Source: Paraphysomonas bandaiensis (lineage: Eukaryota; Protista; Chrysophyceae). Taken from it: 51,205 nt of DNA. The position numbers and the translations under genes were made by a program. This document shows positions 32,601-46,565 of this stretch, one piece after another. The DNA lies in contig CBFFRP010000599.1 in assembly GCA_965644295.1 (NCBI GenBank), positions 1 to 51,205 of the forward strand. Reading direction: 5' to 3'. The notes beneath the pieces are model-generated. The model saw nothing but the letters and a program-made list of their open reading frames with translations, was not told the origin of the DNA and did not search any database. Position 1 is the first letter of the stretch. Every line of letters starts with the position of its first letter.

Positions 32601-35600
32601 ACACATCCAATACACACGTCATACACTTTCTCTCGGTGCACCTTGCCTGAGCATACTATATTCACTCAGCTAACACACGTAGCAGCAGTATGACTGTACA
32701 ACATATACCCATTACACGTGATGCACTATTGTCTCTCAGTACAACATGAGCCTCTTGCATGCACTCGGCTCAACGAGAGAATATAAGTGTAGCATAACAT
32801 ATACAACATACCCATCACACAACCAATACTGCCTGAGCATACTATATTCACTCAGCTAACACACGTAGCAGCAGTATTACTGTACAACATATACCCATCA
32901 CACAACCAATACACGTGATGCACTATTGTCTCTCAGTTCAACATGAGCCTCTTGCATGCACTCGGCTCAACGAGAGAATATAAGTGTAGCATAACATATA
33001 CAACAAACCCATCACACAACCATTTCTGCCTGAGCATACTATATTCACTCAGCTAACACACGTAGCAGCAGTATGACTGTACAACATATACCCATCACAC
33101 AACCAATACACGTGATGCACTATTGTTTCTCAGTCCAACATGAGTCTCTTGCATGCACTCGGCTCAACGAGAGAATATAAGTGTGGCGTAACAATATACA
33201 ATATATACCCATCACACATCCAATACACACGTCATACACTTTCTCTCGGTGCACCTTGCCTGAGCATACTATATTCACTCAGCTAACACACGTAGCAGCA
33301 GTATTACTGTACAACATATACCCATTACACGTGATGCACTATTGTCTCTCAGTTCAACATGAGCCTCTTGCACGCACTCGGCCCAACGAGAGAATATAAG
33401 TGTAGCATAACATATACAACAAACCCATCACACAACCAATACACGTCATATACACTATCTCTCGGTGCACCCTCCTGCCTGAGCATACTATATTCACTCA
33501 GCTAACACACGTAGCAGCAGTATTACTGTACAACATATACCCATCACACAACCAATACACGTCATACACTATTGTCTCTCAGTACAACATGAGTCTCTTG
33601 CATGCACTCGGCTCAACGAGAGAATATAAGTGTAGCATAACATATACAACATACCCATCACACAACCAATACTGCCTGAGCATACTATATTCACTCAGCT
33701 AACACACGTAGCAGCAGTATTACTGTACAACATATACCCATCACACAACCAATACACGTGATGCACTATTGTCTCTCAGTTCAACATGAGCCTCTTGCAT
33801 GCACTCGGCTCAACGAGAGAATATAAGTGTAGCATAACATATACAACAAACCCATCACACAACCATTTCTGCCTGAGCATACTATATTCACTCAGCTAAC
33901 ACACGTAGCAGCAGTATTACTGTACAACATATACCCATCACACAACCAATACACGTGATGCACTATTGTTTCTCAGTCCAACATGAGTCTCTTGCATGCA
34001 CTCGGCTCAACGAGAGAATATAAGTGTAGCGTAACAATATACAATATATACCCATCACACATCCAATACACACGTCATACACTTTCTCTCGGTGCACCTT
34101 GCCTGAGCATACTATATTCACTCAGCTAACACACGTAGCAGCAGTATTACTGTACAACATATACCCATCACACGTGATGCACTATTGTCTCTCAGTTCAA
34201 CATGAGCCTCTTGCACGCACTCGGCCCAACGAGAGAATATAAGTGTAGCATAACATATACAACAAACCCATCACACAACCAATACACGTCATATACACTA
34301 TCTCTCGGTGCACCCTCCTGCCTGAGCATACTATATTCACTCAGCTAATACACGTAGCAGCAGTATTACTGTACAACATATACCCATCACACAACCAATA
34401 CACGTCATACACTATTGTCTCTCAGTACAACATGAGTCTCTTGCATGCACTCGGCTCAACGAGAGAATATAAGTGTAGCATAACATATACAACATACCCA
34501 TCACACAACCAATACTGCCTGAGCATACTATATTCACTCAGCTAACACACGTAGCAGCAGTATTACTGTACAACATATACCCATCACACAACCAATACAC
34601 GTGATGCACTATTGTCTCTCAGTTCAACATGAGCCTCTTGCATGCACTCGGCTCAACGAGAGAATATAAGTGTAGCATAACATATACAACAAACCCATCA
34701 CACAACCATTTCTGCCTGAGCATACTATATTCACTCAGCTAACACACGTAGCAGCAGTATTACTGTACAACATATACCCATCACACAACCAATACACGTG
34801 ATGCACTATTGTTTCTCAGTACAACATGAGTCTCTTGCATGCACTCGGCTCAACGAGAGAATATAAGTGTAGCGTAACAATATACAACAAACCCATCACA
34901 CAACCAATACACGTCATATACACTATCTCTCGGTGCACCCTCCTGCCTGAGCATACTATATTCACTCAGCTAACACACGTAGCAGCAGTATTACTGTACA
35001 ACATATACCCATCACACAACCAATACACGTCATACACTATTGTCTCTCAGTACAACATGAGTCTCTTGCATGCACTCGGCTCAACGAGAGAATATAAGTG
35101 TAGCATAACATATACAACATACCCATCACACAACCAATACTGCCTGAGCATACTATATTCACTCAGCTAACACACGTAGCAGCAGTATTACTGTACAACA
35201 TATACCCATCACACAACCAATACACGTGATGCACTATTGTTTCTCAGTACAACATGAGTCTCTTGCATGCACTCGGCTCAACGAGAGAATATAAGTGTAG
35301 CGTAACAATATACAACAAACCCATCACACAACCAATACACGTCATATACACTATCTCTCGGTGCACCCTCCTGCCTGAGCATACTATATTCACTCAGCTA
35401 ACACACGTAGCAGCAGTATTACTGTACAACATATACCCATCACACAACCAATACACGTCATACACTATTGTCTCTCAGTTCAAAATGAGCCTCTTGCATG
35501 CACTCGGCTCAACGAGAGAATATAAGTGTAGCATAACATATACAACATACCCATCACACAACCATTTCTGCCTGAGCATACTATATTCACTCAGCTAACA

Positions 35601-38600
35601 CACGTAGCAGCAGTATTACTGTACAACATATACCCATCACACAACCAATACACGTGATGCATTATTGTTTCTCAGTACAACATGAGTCTCTTGCATGCAC
35701 TACATATATATACAATATATACCCATCACACAACCAATACACGTCATACACTTTCTCTCGGTGCACCTTGCCTGAGCATACTATATTCACTCAGCTAACA
35801 CACGTAGCAGCAGTATGACTGTACAACATATACCCATTACACGTGATGCACTATTGTCTCTCAGTTCAACATGAGCCTCTTGCATGCACTCGGCTCAACG
35901 AGAGAATATAAGTGTAGCATAACATATACAACAAACCCATCACACAACCAATACACGTCATATACACTATCTCTCGGTGCACCCTCCTGCCTGAGCATAC
36001 TATATTCACTCAGCTAACACACGTAGCAGCAGTATTACTGTACAACATATACCCATCACACAACCAATACACGTCATACACTATTGTCTCTCAGTACAAC
36101 ATGAGTCTCTTGCATGCACTCGGCCCAACGAGAGAATATAAGTGTAGCATAACATATACAACATACCCATCACACAACCAATACTGCCTGAGCATACTAT
36201 ATTCACTCAGCTAACACACGTAGCAGCAGTATTACTGTACAACATATACCCATCACACAACCAATACACGTGATGCACTATTGTTTCTCAGTACAACATG
36301 AGTCTCTTGCATGCACTCGGCTCAACGAGAGAATATAAGTGTAGCGTAACAATATACAACAAACCCATCACACAACCAATACACGTCATATACACTATCT
36401 CTCGGTGCACCCTCCTGCCTGAGCATACTATATTCACTCAGCTAACACACGTAGCAGCAGTATTACTGTACAACATATACCCATCACACAACCAATACAC
36501 GTCATACACTATTGTCTCTCAGTTCAAAATGAGCCTCTTGCATGCACTCGGCTCAACGAGAGAATATAAGTGTAGCATAACATATACAACATACCCATCA
36601 CACAACCATTTCTGCCTGAGCATACTATATTCACTCAGCTAACACACGTAGCAGCAGTATTACTGTACAACATATACCCATCACACAACCAATACACGTG
36701 ATGCACTATTGTTTCTCAGTACAACATGAGTCTCTTGCATGCACTACATATATATACAATATATACCCATCACACAACCAATACACGTCATACACTTTCT
36801 CTCGGTGCACCTTGCCTGAGCATACTATATTCACTCAGCTAACACACCTAGCAGCAGTATGACTGTACAACATATACCCATTACACGTGATGCACTATTG
36901 TCTCTCAGTTCAACATGAGCCTCTTGCATGCACTCGGCTCAACGAGAGAATATAAGTGTAGCATAACATATACAACAAACCCATCACACAACCAATACAC
37001 GTCATATACACTATCTCTCGGTGCACCCTCCTGCCTGAGCATACTATATTCACTCAGCTAACACACGTAGCAGCAGTATTACTGTACAACATATACCCAT
37101 CACACAACCAATACACGTCATACACTATTGTCTCTCAGTACAACATGAGTCTCTTGCATGCACTCGGCTCAACGAGAGAATATAAGTGTAGCATAACATA
37201 TACAACAAACCCATCACACAACCAATACACGTCATATACACTATCTCTCGGTGCACCCTCCTGCCTGAGCATACTATATTCACTCAGCTAACACACGTAG
37301 CAGCAGTATTACTGTACAACATATACCCATCACACAACCAATACACGTCATACACTATTGTCTCTCAGTACATAAGCCTCTTGCATGCACTCGGCTCAAC
37401 GAGAGAATATAAGTGTAGCATAACATATACAACATACCCATCACACAACCAATACTGCCTGAGCATACTATATTCACTCAGCTAACACACGTAGCAGCAG
37501 TATTACTGTACAACATATACCCATCACACAACCAATACACGTGATGCACTATTGTTTCTCAGTACAACATGAGTCTCTTGCATGCACTCGGCTCAACGAG
37601 AGAATATAAGTGTAGCGTAACAATATACAACAAACCCATCACACAACCAATACACGTCATATACACTATCTCTCGGTGCACCCTCCTGCCTGAGCATACT
37701 ATATTCACTCAGCTAACACACGTAGCAGCAGTATTACTGTACAACATATACCCATCACACAACCAATACACGTCATACACTATTGTCTCTCAGTACATAA
37801 GCCTCTTGCATGCACTCGGCTCAACGAGAGAATATAAGTGTAGCATAACATATACAACATACCCATCACACAACCAATACTGCCTGAGCATACTATATTC
37901 ACTCAGCTAACACACGTAGCAGCAGTATTACTGTACAACATATACCCATCACACAACCAATACACGTGATGCACTATTTTTTCTCAGTACAACATGAGTC
38001 TCTTGCATGCACTTCATATATATACAATATATACCCATCACACAACCAATACACGTCATACACTTTCTCTCGGTGCACCTTGCCTGAGCATACTATATTC
38101 ACTCAGCTAACACACGTAGCAGTAGTATGACTGTACAACATATACCCATTACACGTGATGCACTATTGTCTCTCAGTTCAACATGAGCCTCTTGCATGCA
38201 CTCGGCTCAACGAGAGAATATAAGTGTAGCATAACATATACAACAAACCCATCACACAACCAATACACGTCATATACACTATCTCTCGGTGCACCCTCCT
38301 GCCTGAGCATACTATATTCACTCAGCTAACACACGTAGCAGCAGTATTACTGTACAACATATACCCATCACACAACCAATACACGTCATACACTATTGTC
38401 TCTCAGTACAACATGAGTCTCTTGCATGCACTCGGCTCAACGAGAGAATATAAGTGTAGCATAACATATACAACAAACCCATCACACAACCAATACACAC
38501 CATATACACTATCTCTCGGTGCACCCTCCTGCCTGAGCATACTATATTCACTCAGCTAACACACGTAGCAGCAGTATTACTGTACAACATATACCCATCA

Positions 38601-41261
38601 CACAACCAATACACGTCATACACTATTGTCTCTCAGTACATAAGCCTCTTGCATGCACTCGGCTCAACGAGAGAATATAAGTGTAGCATAACATATACAA
38701 CATACCCATCACACAACCAATACTGCCTGAGCATACTATATTCACTCAGCTAACACACGTAGCAGCAGTATTACTGTACAACATATACCCATCACACAAC
38801 CAATACACGTGATGCACTATTGTTTCTCAGTACAACATGAGTCTCTTGCATACACTCGGCTCAACGAGAGAATATAAGTGTAGCGTAACAATATACAACA
38901 AACCCATCACACAACCAATACACGTCATATACACTATCTCTCGGTGCACCCTCCTGCCTGAGCATACTATATTCACTCAGCTAACACACGTAGCAGCAGT
39001 ATTACTGTACAACATATACCCATCACACAACCAATACACGTCATACACTATTGTCTCTCAGTACATAAGCCTCTTGCATGCACTCGGCTCAACGAGAGAA
39101 TATAAGTGTAGCATAACATATACAACATACCCATCACACAACCAATACTGCCTGAGCATACTATATTCACTCAGCTAACACACGTAGCAGCAGTATTACT
39201 GTACAACATATACCCATCACACAACCAATACACGTGATGCACTATTTTTTCTCAGTACAACATGAGTCTCTTGCATGCACTTCATATATATACAATATAT
39301 ACCCATCACACAACCAATACACGTCATACACTTTCTCTCGGTGCACCTTGCCTGAGCATACTATATTCACTCAGCTAACACACGTAGCAGTAGTATGACT
39401 GTACAACATATACCCATTACACGTGATGCACTATTGTCTCTCAGTTCAACATGAGCCTCTTGCATGCACTCGGCTCAACGAGAGAATATAAGTGTAGCAT
39501 AACATATACAACAAACCCATCACACAACCAATACACGTCATATACACTATCTCTCGGTGCACCCTCCTGCCTGAGCATACTATATTCACTCAGCTAACAC
39601 ACGTAGCAGCAGTATTACTGTACAACATATACCCATCACACAACCAATACACGTCATACACTATTGTCTCTCAGTACAACATGAGTCTCTTGCATGCACT
39701 CGGCTCAACGAGAGAATATAAGTGTAGCATAACATATACAACAAACCCATCACACAACCAATACACGTCATATACACTATCTCTCGGTGCACCCTCCTGC
39801 CTGAGCATACTATATTCACTCAGCTAACACACGTAGCAGCAGTATTACTGTACAACATATACCCATCACACAACCAATACACGTCATACACTATTGTCTC
39901 TCAGTACATAAGCCTCTTGCATGCACTCGGCTCAACGAGAGAATATAAGTGTAGCATAACATATACAACATACCCATCACACAACCAATACTGCCTGAGC
40001 ATACTATATTCACTCAGCTAACACACGTAGCAGCAGTATTACTGTACAACATATACCCATCACACAACCAATACACGTGATGCACTATTGTTTCTCAGTA
40101 CAACATGAGTCTCTTGCATACACTCGGCTCAACGAGAGAATATAAGTGTAGCGTAACAATATACAACAAACCCATCACACAACCAATACACGTCATATAC
40201 ACTATCTCTCGGTGCACCCTCCTGCCTGAGCATACTATATTCACTCAGCTAACACACGTAGCAGCAGTATTACTGTACAACATATACCCATCACACAACC
40301 AATACACGTCATACACTATTGTCTCTCAGTACATAAGCCTCTTGCATGCACTCGGCTCAACGAGAGAATATAAGTGTAGCATAACATATACAACATACCC
40401 ATCACACAACCAATACTGCCTGAGCATACTATATTCACTCAGCTAACACACGTAGCAGCAGTATTACTGTACAACATATACCCATCACACAACCAATACA
40501 CGTGATGCACTATTTTTTCTCAGTACAACATGAGTCTCTTGCATGCACTACATATATATACAATATATACCCATCACACAACCAATACACACGTCATACA
40601 CTTTCTCTCGGTGCACCTTGCCTGAGCATACTATATTCACTCAGCTAACACACGTAGCAGTAGTATGACTGTACAACATATACCCATTACACGTGATGCA
40701 CTATTGTCTCTCAGTTCAACATGAGCCTCTTGCATGCACTCGGCTCAACGAGAGAATATAAGTGTAGCATAACATATACAACAAACCCATCACACAACCA
40801 ATACACGTCATATACACTATCTCTCGGTGCACCCTCCTGCCTGAGCATACTATATTCACTCAGCTAACACGAACGTAGCAGCAGTATTACTGTACAACAT
40901 ATACCCATCACACAACCAATACACGTGATGCACTATTGTTTCTCAGTACAACATGAGTCTCTTGCATGCACTACATATATATACAAGATATACCCATCAC
41001 ACAACCAATACACGTCATACACTTTCTCTCGGTGCACCTTGCCTGGGCATACTATATTCACTCAGCTAACACACGTAGCAGCAGTATGACTGTACAACAT
41101 ATACCCATTACACGTGATGCACTATTGTCTCTCAGTACAACATGAGCCTCTTGCATGCACTCGGCCCAACGAGAGAATATAAGTGTAGCATAACATATAC
41201 AACAAACCCATCACACAACCAATACACGTCATACACTATTGTTTCTCAGTACAAGATGAGC
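26668..41261. repeat. Complex satellite array (~14.6 kb), ~200-230-bp monomers arranged in higher-order repeats
   Basis: Alternating modules all starting CCCATYACAC; diagnostic variants recur every 648 bp on the left and 1268 bp on the right. Confidence 0.97.
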
Positions 41262-42304
41262 ATAGAGCAGTCAATTAGCTCAACAAGAGATCACACGTGA
41301 AGCAATGCGGCCTGATCACGTTTAGACTCCTTCTCGCTAATATATGGCTGGCCGATCTACGATACAGGCGCAACAAAGCAGTGTATTAGGACAGTGTCAA
41401 TCATAAGTATTGACATAATATTGACATGCACGTCATACACTACAGGTACAGTGGGAATGTACAGCTATATGCGGTTTTGCCATTAATCTAGAAAACTGGC
41501 TCACGTACAGTGATGCGAGGGCCGTCGTCTTACACTCTAACCCAGCACAAGGCTGAGCAGAGAAGCGCGTCTTAATTGCCAGCAACAAAACTCTCGTTAA
41601 GTGCTGACAAATCCCCGTTTAGGGAGGTGCCTTTATATCTCATATCCGTGTTACCGGAGAGAAGACCTGCACCCCACTGCGCCCCCAAGACCCACTTATA
41701 CCATTCAACTCACATCAGTGCGCACAGTGCTGATCAGACACATGTGAACAGAGAGTGTGAGTTGGTAGCATGCGACACACGCAACAGACCACTTCACGCC
41801 TGACAACTAACCTGATTAATAGTGAACAACCTTCTTCTGCTGGAGATGAGACCGTATATCAGAGGAGTCTGTGCTATGATGGTATCATGTATGTATGTCA
41901 TGTGCTGTGGTGTGAGTATGTGTGTGCTGATCTGTGCACAAGAATTCAAATATCCTCCTCACACACATACATACACCTCTATGCGCATAGAGTACTACTC
42001 GCGTAGAGAAATAAGAGGATGTTCTTTTCAGTTTAGTACTTGAAGTGACTGTATAAGATATGCATAGGGCACATAGAGGTGTATGGTGTTATGTTATGCA
42101 GTGTGTTGTGTACGGCTGTAGACTAGAAGCATAATTTTCTCTTATTAACGAGTTCTGTAGAAACTGCGAAGAGAACCTTGCTTTTGACTACCTGTAGTGT
42201 AGACTGTGTGAAAAGGCAACGGGGGTATTCCGTCCGTTTATTGATCTGTAGCATCCGTGACTTCCGACCGAGTACCGTGTTTTTTCTCTGCGTAAGAGAA
42301 AATT

Positions 42305-45300
42305 ATGAAGAAAACGACAAAAGAGAGATATCCCAGATATCCAAGATCTGGAAGAAGACAAGAGTCTGACAGTTATGACGCAGTGCCAATGCTAAGATAT
42401 GGCGCAAAATGTAATCTGCCTATTTTCAAGCAGAAATTGGTGGCCGAAGCCATGGTGAGGTACGGAGACCTTGCAAAGATGCTGGAGACTGACCAGTACT
42501 ACGAGCCACCAAGACCCGACACCAGGGATGTCAATCCGAGGACAGACCCCATCGGGTACAAGGAGATCGAAGATCAATGCATCAGAAGATCTCGGGCCAT
42601 AGGAGAGATGGCCAAGAACAGAACCCCACTGTACGGATTCATGATACAGCACCTGAGCAACGAATCCCACGACGCTATAAAACTATTAGACGAATATCAA
42701 GAGTTCAACGCAACGAAAGATCCACTATCGCTATGGCTTGCAATAAAAAAGACACACAAGGTGGCGACAAGCTCCAATGTGGGAGCAGTAATGAAAGCGG
42801 AAACTAGGCGAAAGTACCAAGAAGTTCGGCAAGGAACTTTCGAAAGCATCGTGACATATAAGGAGAAATTTGATTATTTACTGGAAGCATACAAAGAAAT
42901 GGACAACGCCAAAATGTCCGACACCGATGTGGCGATGGACTTCTTTAACGGACTGGACGAAACAAGATATGGGGATTTCAAAACTAACTATCTGAACGAC
43001 CTAACCATGGGAACTCAAATTGCGCCCACACACGTGAACGACATATACAACAAGGTTTCTAAATACCTACCGGCCAGGAAGCAGACACGCGCGGCAGGAG
43101 GAGCGGCTTTCGTCACCAAAGCTGAACGCAAAACTACCAGCAAAGGGAAACACAGCGCAAGTGACAGTGACGAAAATGGCGACAGAGACGACAAAGAATC
43201 CAAAAGGGGGCAGAAGAATCCACGGCACAGAGAACAACGGAGGAAACCCCTGATATGTTGGGGGTGCGGCGAGCCAGGACACCGACTCAATGAATGCCCT
43301 GACAACCAAGATGCAGATGAGAGAAACTGTGCGGTGACCCTAAAGAACGCATTCACATCCGGAGGCCACCCATTCAGGTGGTACGAGGTACTGCTAGATA
43401 ATCAGGCGGATGTGTCAGTGGTTCACCCTGCATTACTGCACAATATAAGGCCGGCGACCAGGAAATGTACCGTGGCAGGGCTCTCAGGGCACGCTATGGA
43501 GTTACCAAATGTAGGAGATCTGGATCAATTCTTTCCCTGCACAACGGCTGATCATTTACGTGCGAGTGTGCTATGTCAATCAGATGTGGAGGATATGTAC
43601 GATGTAACATATGTGCAAGGCAAATCGTATACTGTGCATCTACCTGGTAAAGACCTGGTATTCGCAAGAAGGAACAAAATGTACGTGGCTGATATGCGAG
43701 ACTGGGCCACTGGAAACGTACATGTCACAACAGTAGCTGACATGGAAGCGAGGCACTCGAAGGCCGAAGTGGCTCGAGCACGAGAGGCATGGGATTTAGT
43801 CAAGACCTCGGGATTTGACTCTGAGAAAGACGCAATCAACTTAGTCAGTGATGGCAACATAACAGGACTGAAACTCACCGCAAGTGACGTACGGAGAGCA
43901 TTTGAGATATATGGAATCCCATACGAGTCAGTGCGCGGGAAGCACACTCACAAAAAAACGGGGCGCCAGTACGTAGACACCGCACTGAAATCGGAGATGC
44001 AGCGAGAGCAGAGGCTATACTCAGACATCTTCAGCGTGCGACAGCAGTCATTTCTTCTCACGATGGCGGAGCCACTGGGAGTGTCAGTAGTCTCTGCAAT
44101 ACAGAATGAGACAACAGAAGCATTAGGACTCGCACTTCAGGAACACGTTAATCTGCTACGGAGCTACGGGTATGTGCCGACCATCGCTTACCTCGACCCA
44201 CAACCTGGCTTCAAACCACTCCGAGGGCAGATTACAGGGGTGGAGATAGACGTCGCGGGAGCAGGCGACCACCTCGACAAAATCGACTCGAAAATACGAC
44301 GCCTGAAAGAGATGATCAGGAGCATCCATGCAGGACTACCGTGGGACTTACCTGACGCCAATGTGAAAGATCTGGTACGGTATGCAAACAGCAGGATGAA
44401 TCTAAGAAGGCCATCCACCAATGGATCAACGGTAGCGCCGCGAGTGGCATTGACAGGGATCAAACCGAATTTCAAGAAGGAGCTGGCTCTCGCATTCGGT
44501 GATTATATGTGGAGTGCTACGACCCGAAGGTCAAGAGCAACGACGCAGAGCAGGACCGGACAGAGCCGTGCATAGCCTTGTATCCTGCAGGCAATGCAAA
44601 CGGCAGCTGGATTTTCCTGAATCTGAAGACAAACCGATACGTCAGCAGAACAAACTGGAGGAAGATGATAACCACGCAGTTGGTAATAGACGCAGTGAAC
44701 AAGACCGCACAACTAAATCGAAAAAATGCAAGGCACTCACCAGCTATCGCGGACCAACCGGATCAGTGCGGAGAAGCGCAAGACGACACCGCAGAGGGTG
44801 GCAATGCAACTGCGACAACAGAGCATGAGAGCAATACCACAGAGATGAGCGAAGACGCACCTGCTACAAACAATTCGGAATCTGTGGGGCAAATGGGCGA
44901 GGAAGAGAGCCCGACGACTACCGGCAGTGACGCCCCTAATGAAATAAATACAGAAGATATAACAGGGGTGGTACACAATACAATGAGCTCACCGTCACTA
45001 ACAGAAGGGAGGAGAGCAGCTGGCGCGATACGGAAACCAGTGATGTACCGTGCCTATCACACGAGCATTACACAAGGGTTGAAGGAACACGGTAAGGATG
45101 CATACCTAGCTATAGTGCGGGAGCTGAAACAGTTGCTGCACGACAAGAAGGCCATAGCCCCAGTGCATCGGAGTGAGCTGTCAACGACCCAGATCAAAAG
45201 GGCGATTCGGTCATTGATGTTCCTGAAAACCAAGTACGATGGCCTTGGGCGTTTCGAAAAAATCAAGGCCAGACTGGTTGCAAATGGCGCGCAGCAGGAC

Positions 45301-46565
45301 AGAAAGCTGTACACCGATACATCGTCGCCTACAGTAGCGATGCAATCAGTATTCGCATGTCTAGCGATAGCAGCTAAAGAGAGACGACATATTTTAACAG
45401 TGGACATTGGAGGAGCTTACCTGAATGCCGAGATGACCGGAGAAGAAGTCATTATGGAGCTCGAACCGATGCTGGCCGCTATCCTGAAAAAGATGGACCC
45501 AGCCGTACAGCCATACATAGACGAGCGCGGAAGACTGCTAGTACGATTGGACCGGGCCCTATACGGATGTGTTCAGAGCGCGAGATTGTGGTACAATACA
45601 CTGAGGACGTACCTCGAGAGCATCGGCTTTGCAGTCAACCCCGTAGACCAATGCGTCTTCAATCGGACCGTCAACGGAAAACAATGCACAGTGACCCTGC
45701 ACGTAGACGACCTATTAGTGATGTCACAGTGCAAGGAAGACACAGAATGGCTAGCGGCAAAACTGAAACAGCAATACGGCGAGGTGAAACACTGTACCGA
45801 CCATGACATGTCGTATATAGGTATGCACATAAATGCACAGGACGGGAAGGCAGTGGTATCGATGAGGGCATACCTGGAGGGAGTGCTCGAGGAGACGGGG
45901 ACCACAGGAGGGACGGCTTCCCCGGCAACAGCATCTCTTTTCACCGAGAAGTTCGAGCAGAAATTGGGCAAGAGAGACGCCGCAGAATTCCACACAGTGG
46001 TGGCAAAGCTGCTATACCTGGCAACAAGGGTGAGGCCGGATATTTTGTTGTCTATTGCGTACCTGGCTACTAGGGTGAAGGACCCGACTCAAGATGACAA
46101 GCAGAAGCTGGGGAGAGTGTTGAAGTACCTGGCGGCCACCAAGAATCAGGATTTACACCTGCGAATAGGAGATAAGATTCAGGTAAAAGCATACATTGAC
46201 GCATCATTTGCGACACATCAGAATGGAAAGGGCCATACCGGAGTGGTGGTCAGCGTGGGGGATGCGGCGGTGCTTTGTCGGTCGACAAAGCAGAAACTGG
46301 TCACTAAGGACTCCACTGAGTCGGAATTGGTCGCACTCTCTGACATGCTGCCGTGTGTGATGAAATTGCATGAGTTCCTGTGTGGTCAGGGGTGTATAAT
46401 GGACTCACCTACAATATTCCAGGACAATGCATCTACTCTCAGCCTCGTAACGAAAGGAGGAGGCAAATACCGATCGAAATATCTACGAGTATAAGGCAGG
46501 CTTTAGTCAAAGAACACCATGATAGGGGAGACGTGAAGCTTCAGTACTTACCTACAGGAGAGATA
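42305..46565 (+). mobile_element. Ty1/Copia gag-pol (CoDi-like), two frameshifts (~44506, ~46492), 3'-truncated at the end of RNase H
   Basis: CCHC knuckle CWGCGEPGHRLNEC, protease LLDNQA, integrase before RT (KARLVA, DIGGAYLNA, LYG, HVDD), RNase H YIDASF/STESE/QDN. LTRs not confidently located. Confidence 0.92.

Noticed and set aside
33181-40446. Repeated 72-114-aa ORFs in the satellite
   Set aside because: By-products of variant combinations; frames are closed in most monomers and show no protein motif.
26668-41261. CRISPR-like array or tandem ribozyme (retrozyme) array
   Set aside because: Intervening segments are themselves repeated rather than unique spacers, no cas genes are present, and no hammerhead core (CTGANGA…GAAA) is visible.
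41262-42304. 5' LTR and PBS of the Copia element
   Set aside because: Likely present, but no second LTR for comparison and no clear TG…CA/PBS junction, so boundaries cannot be supported.
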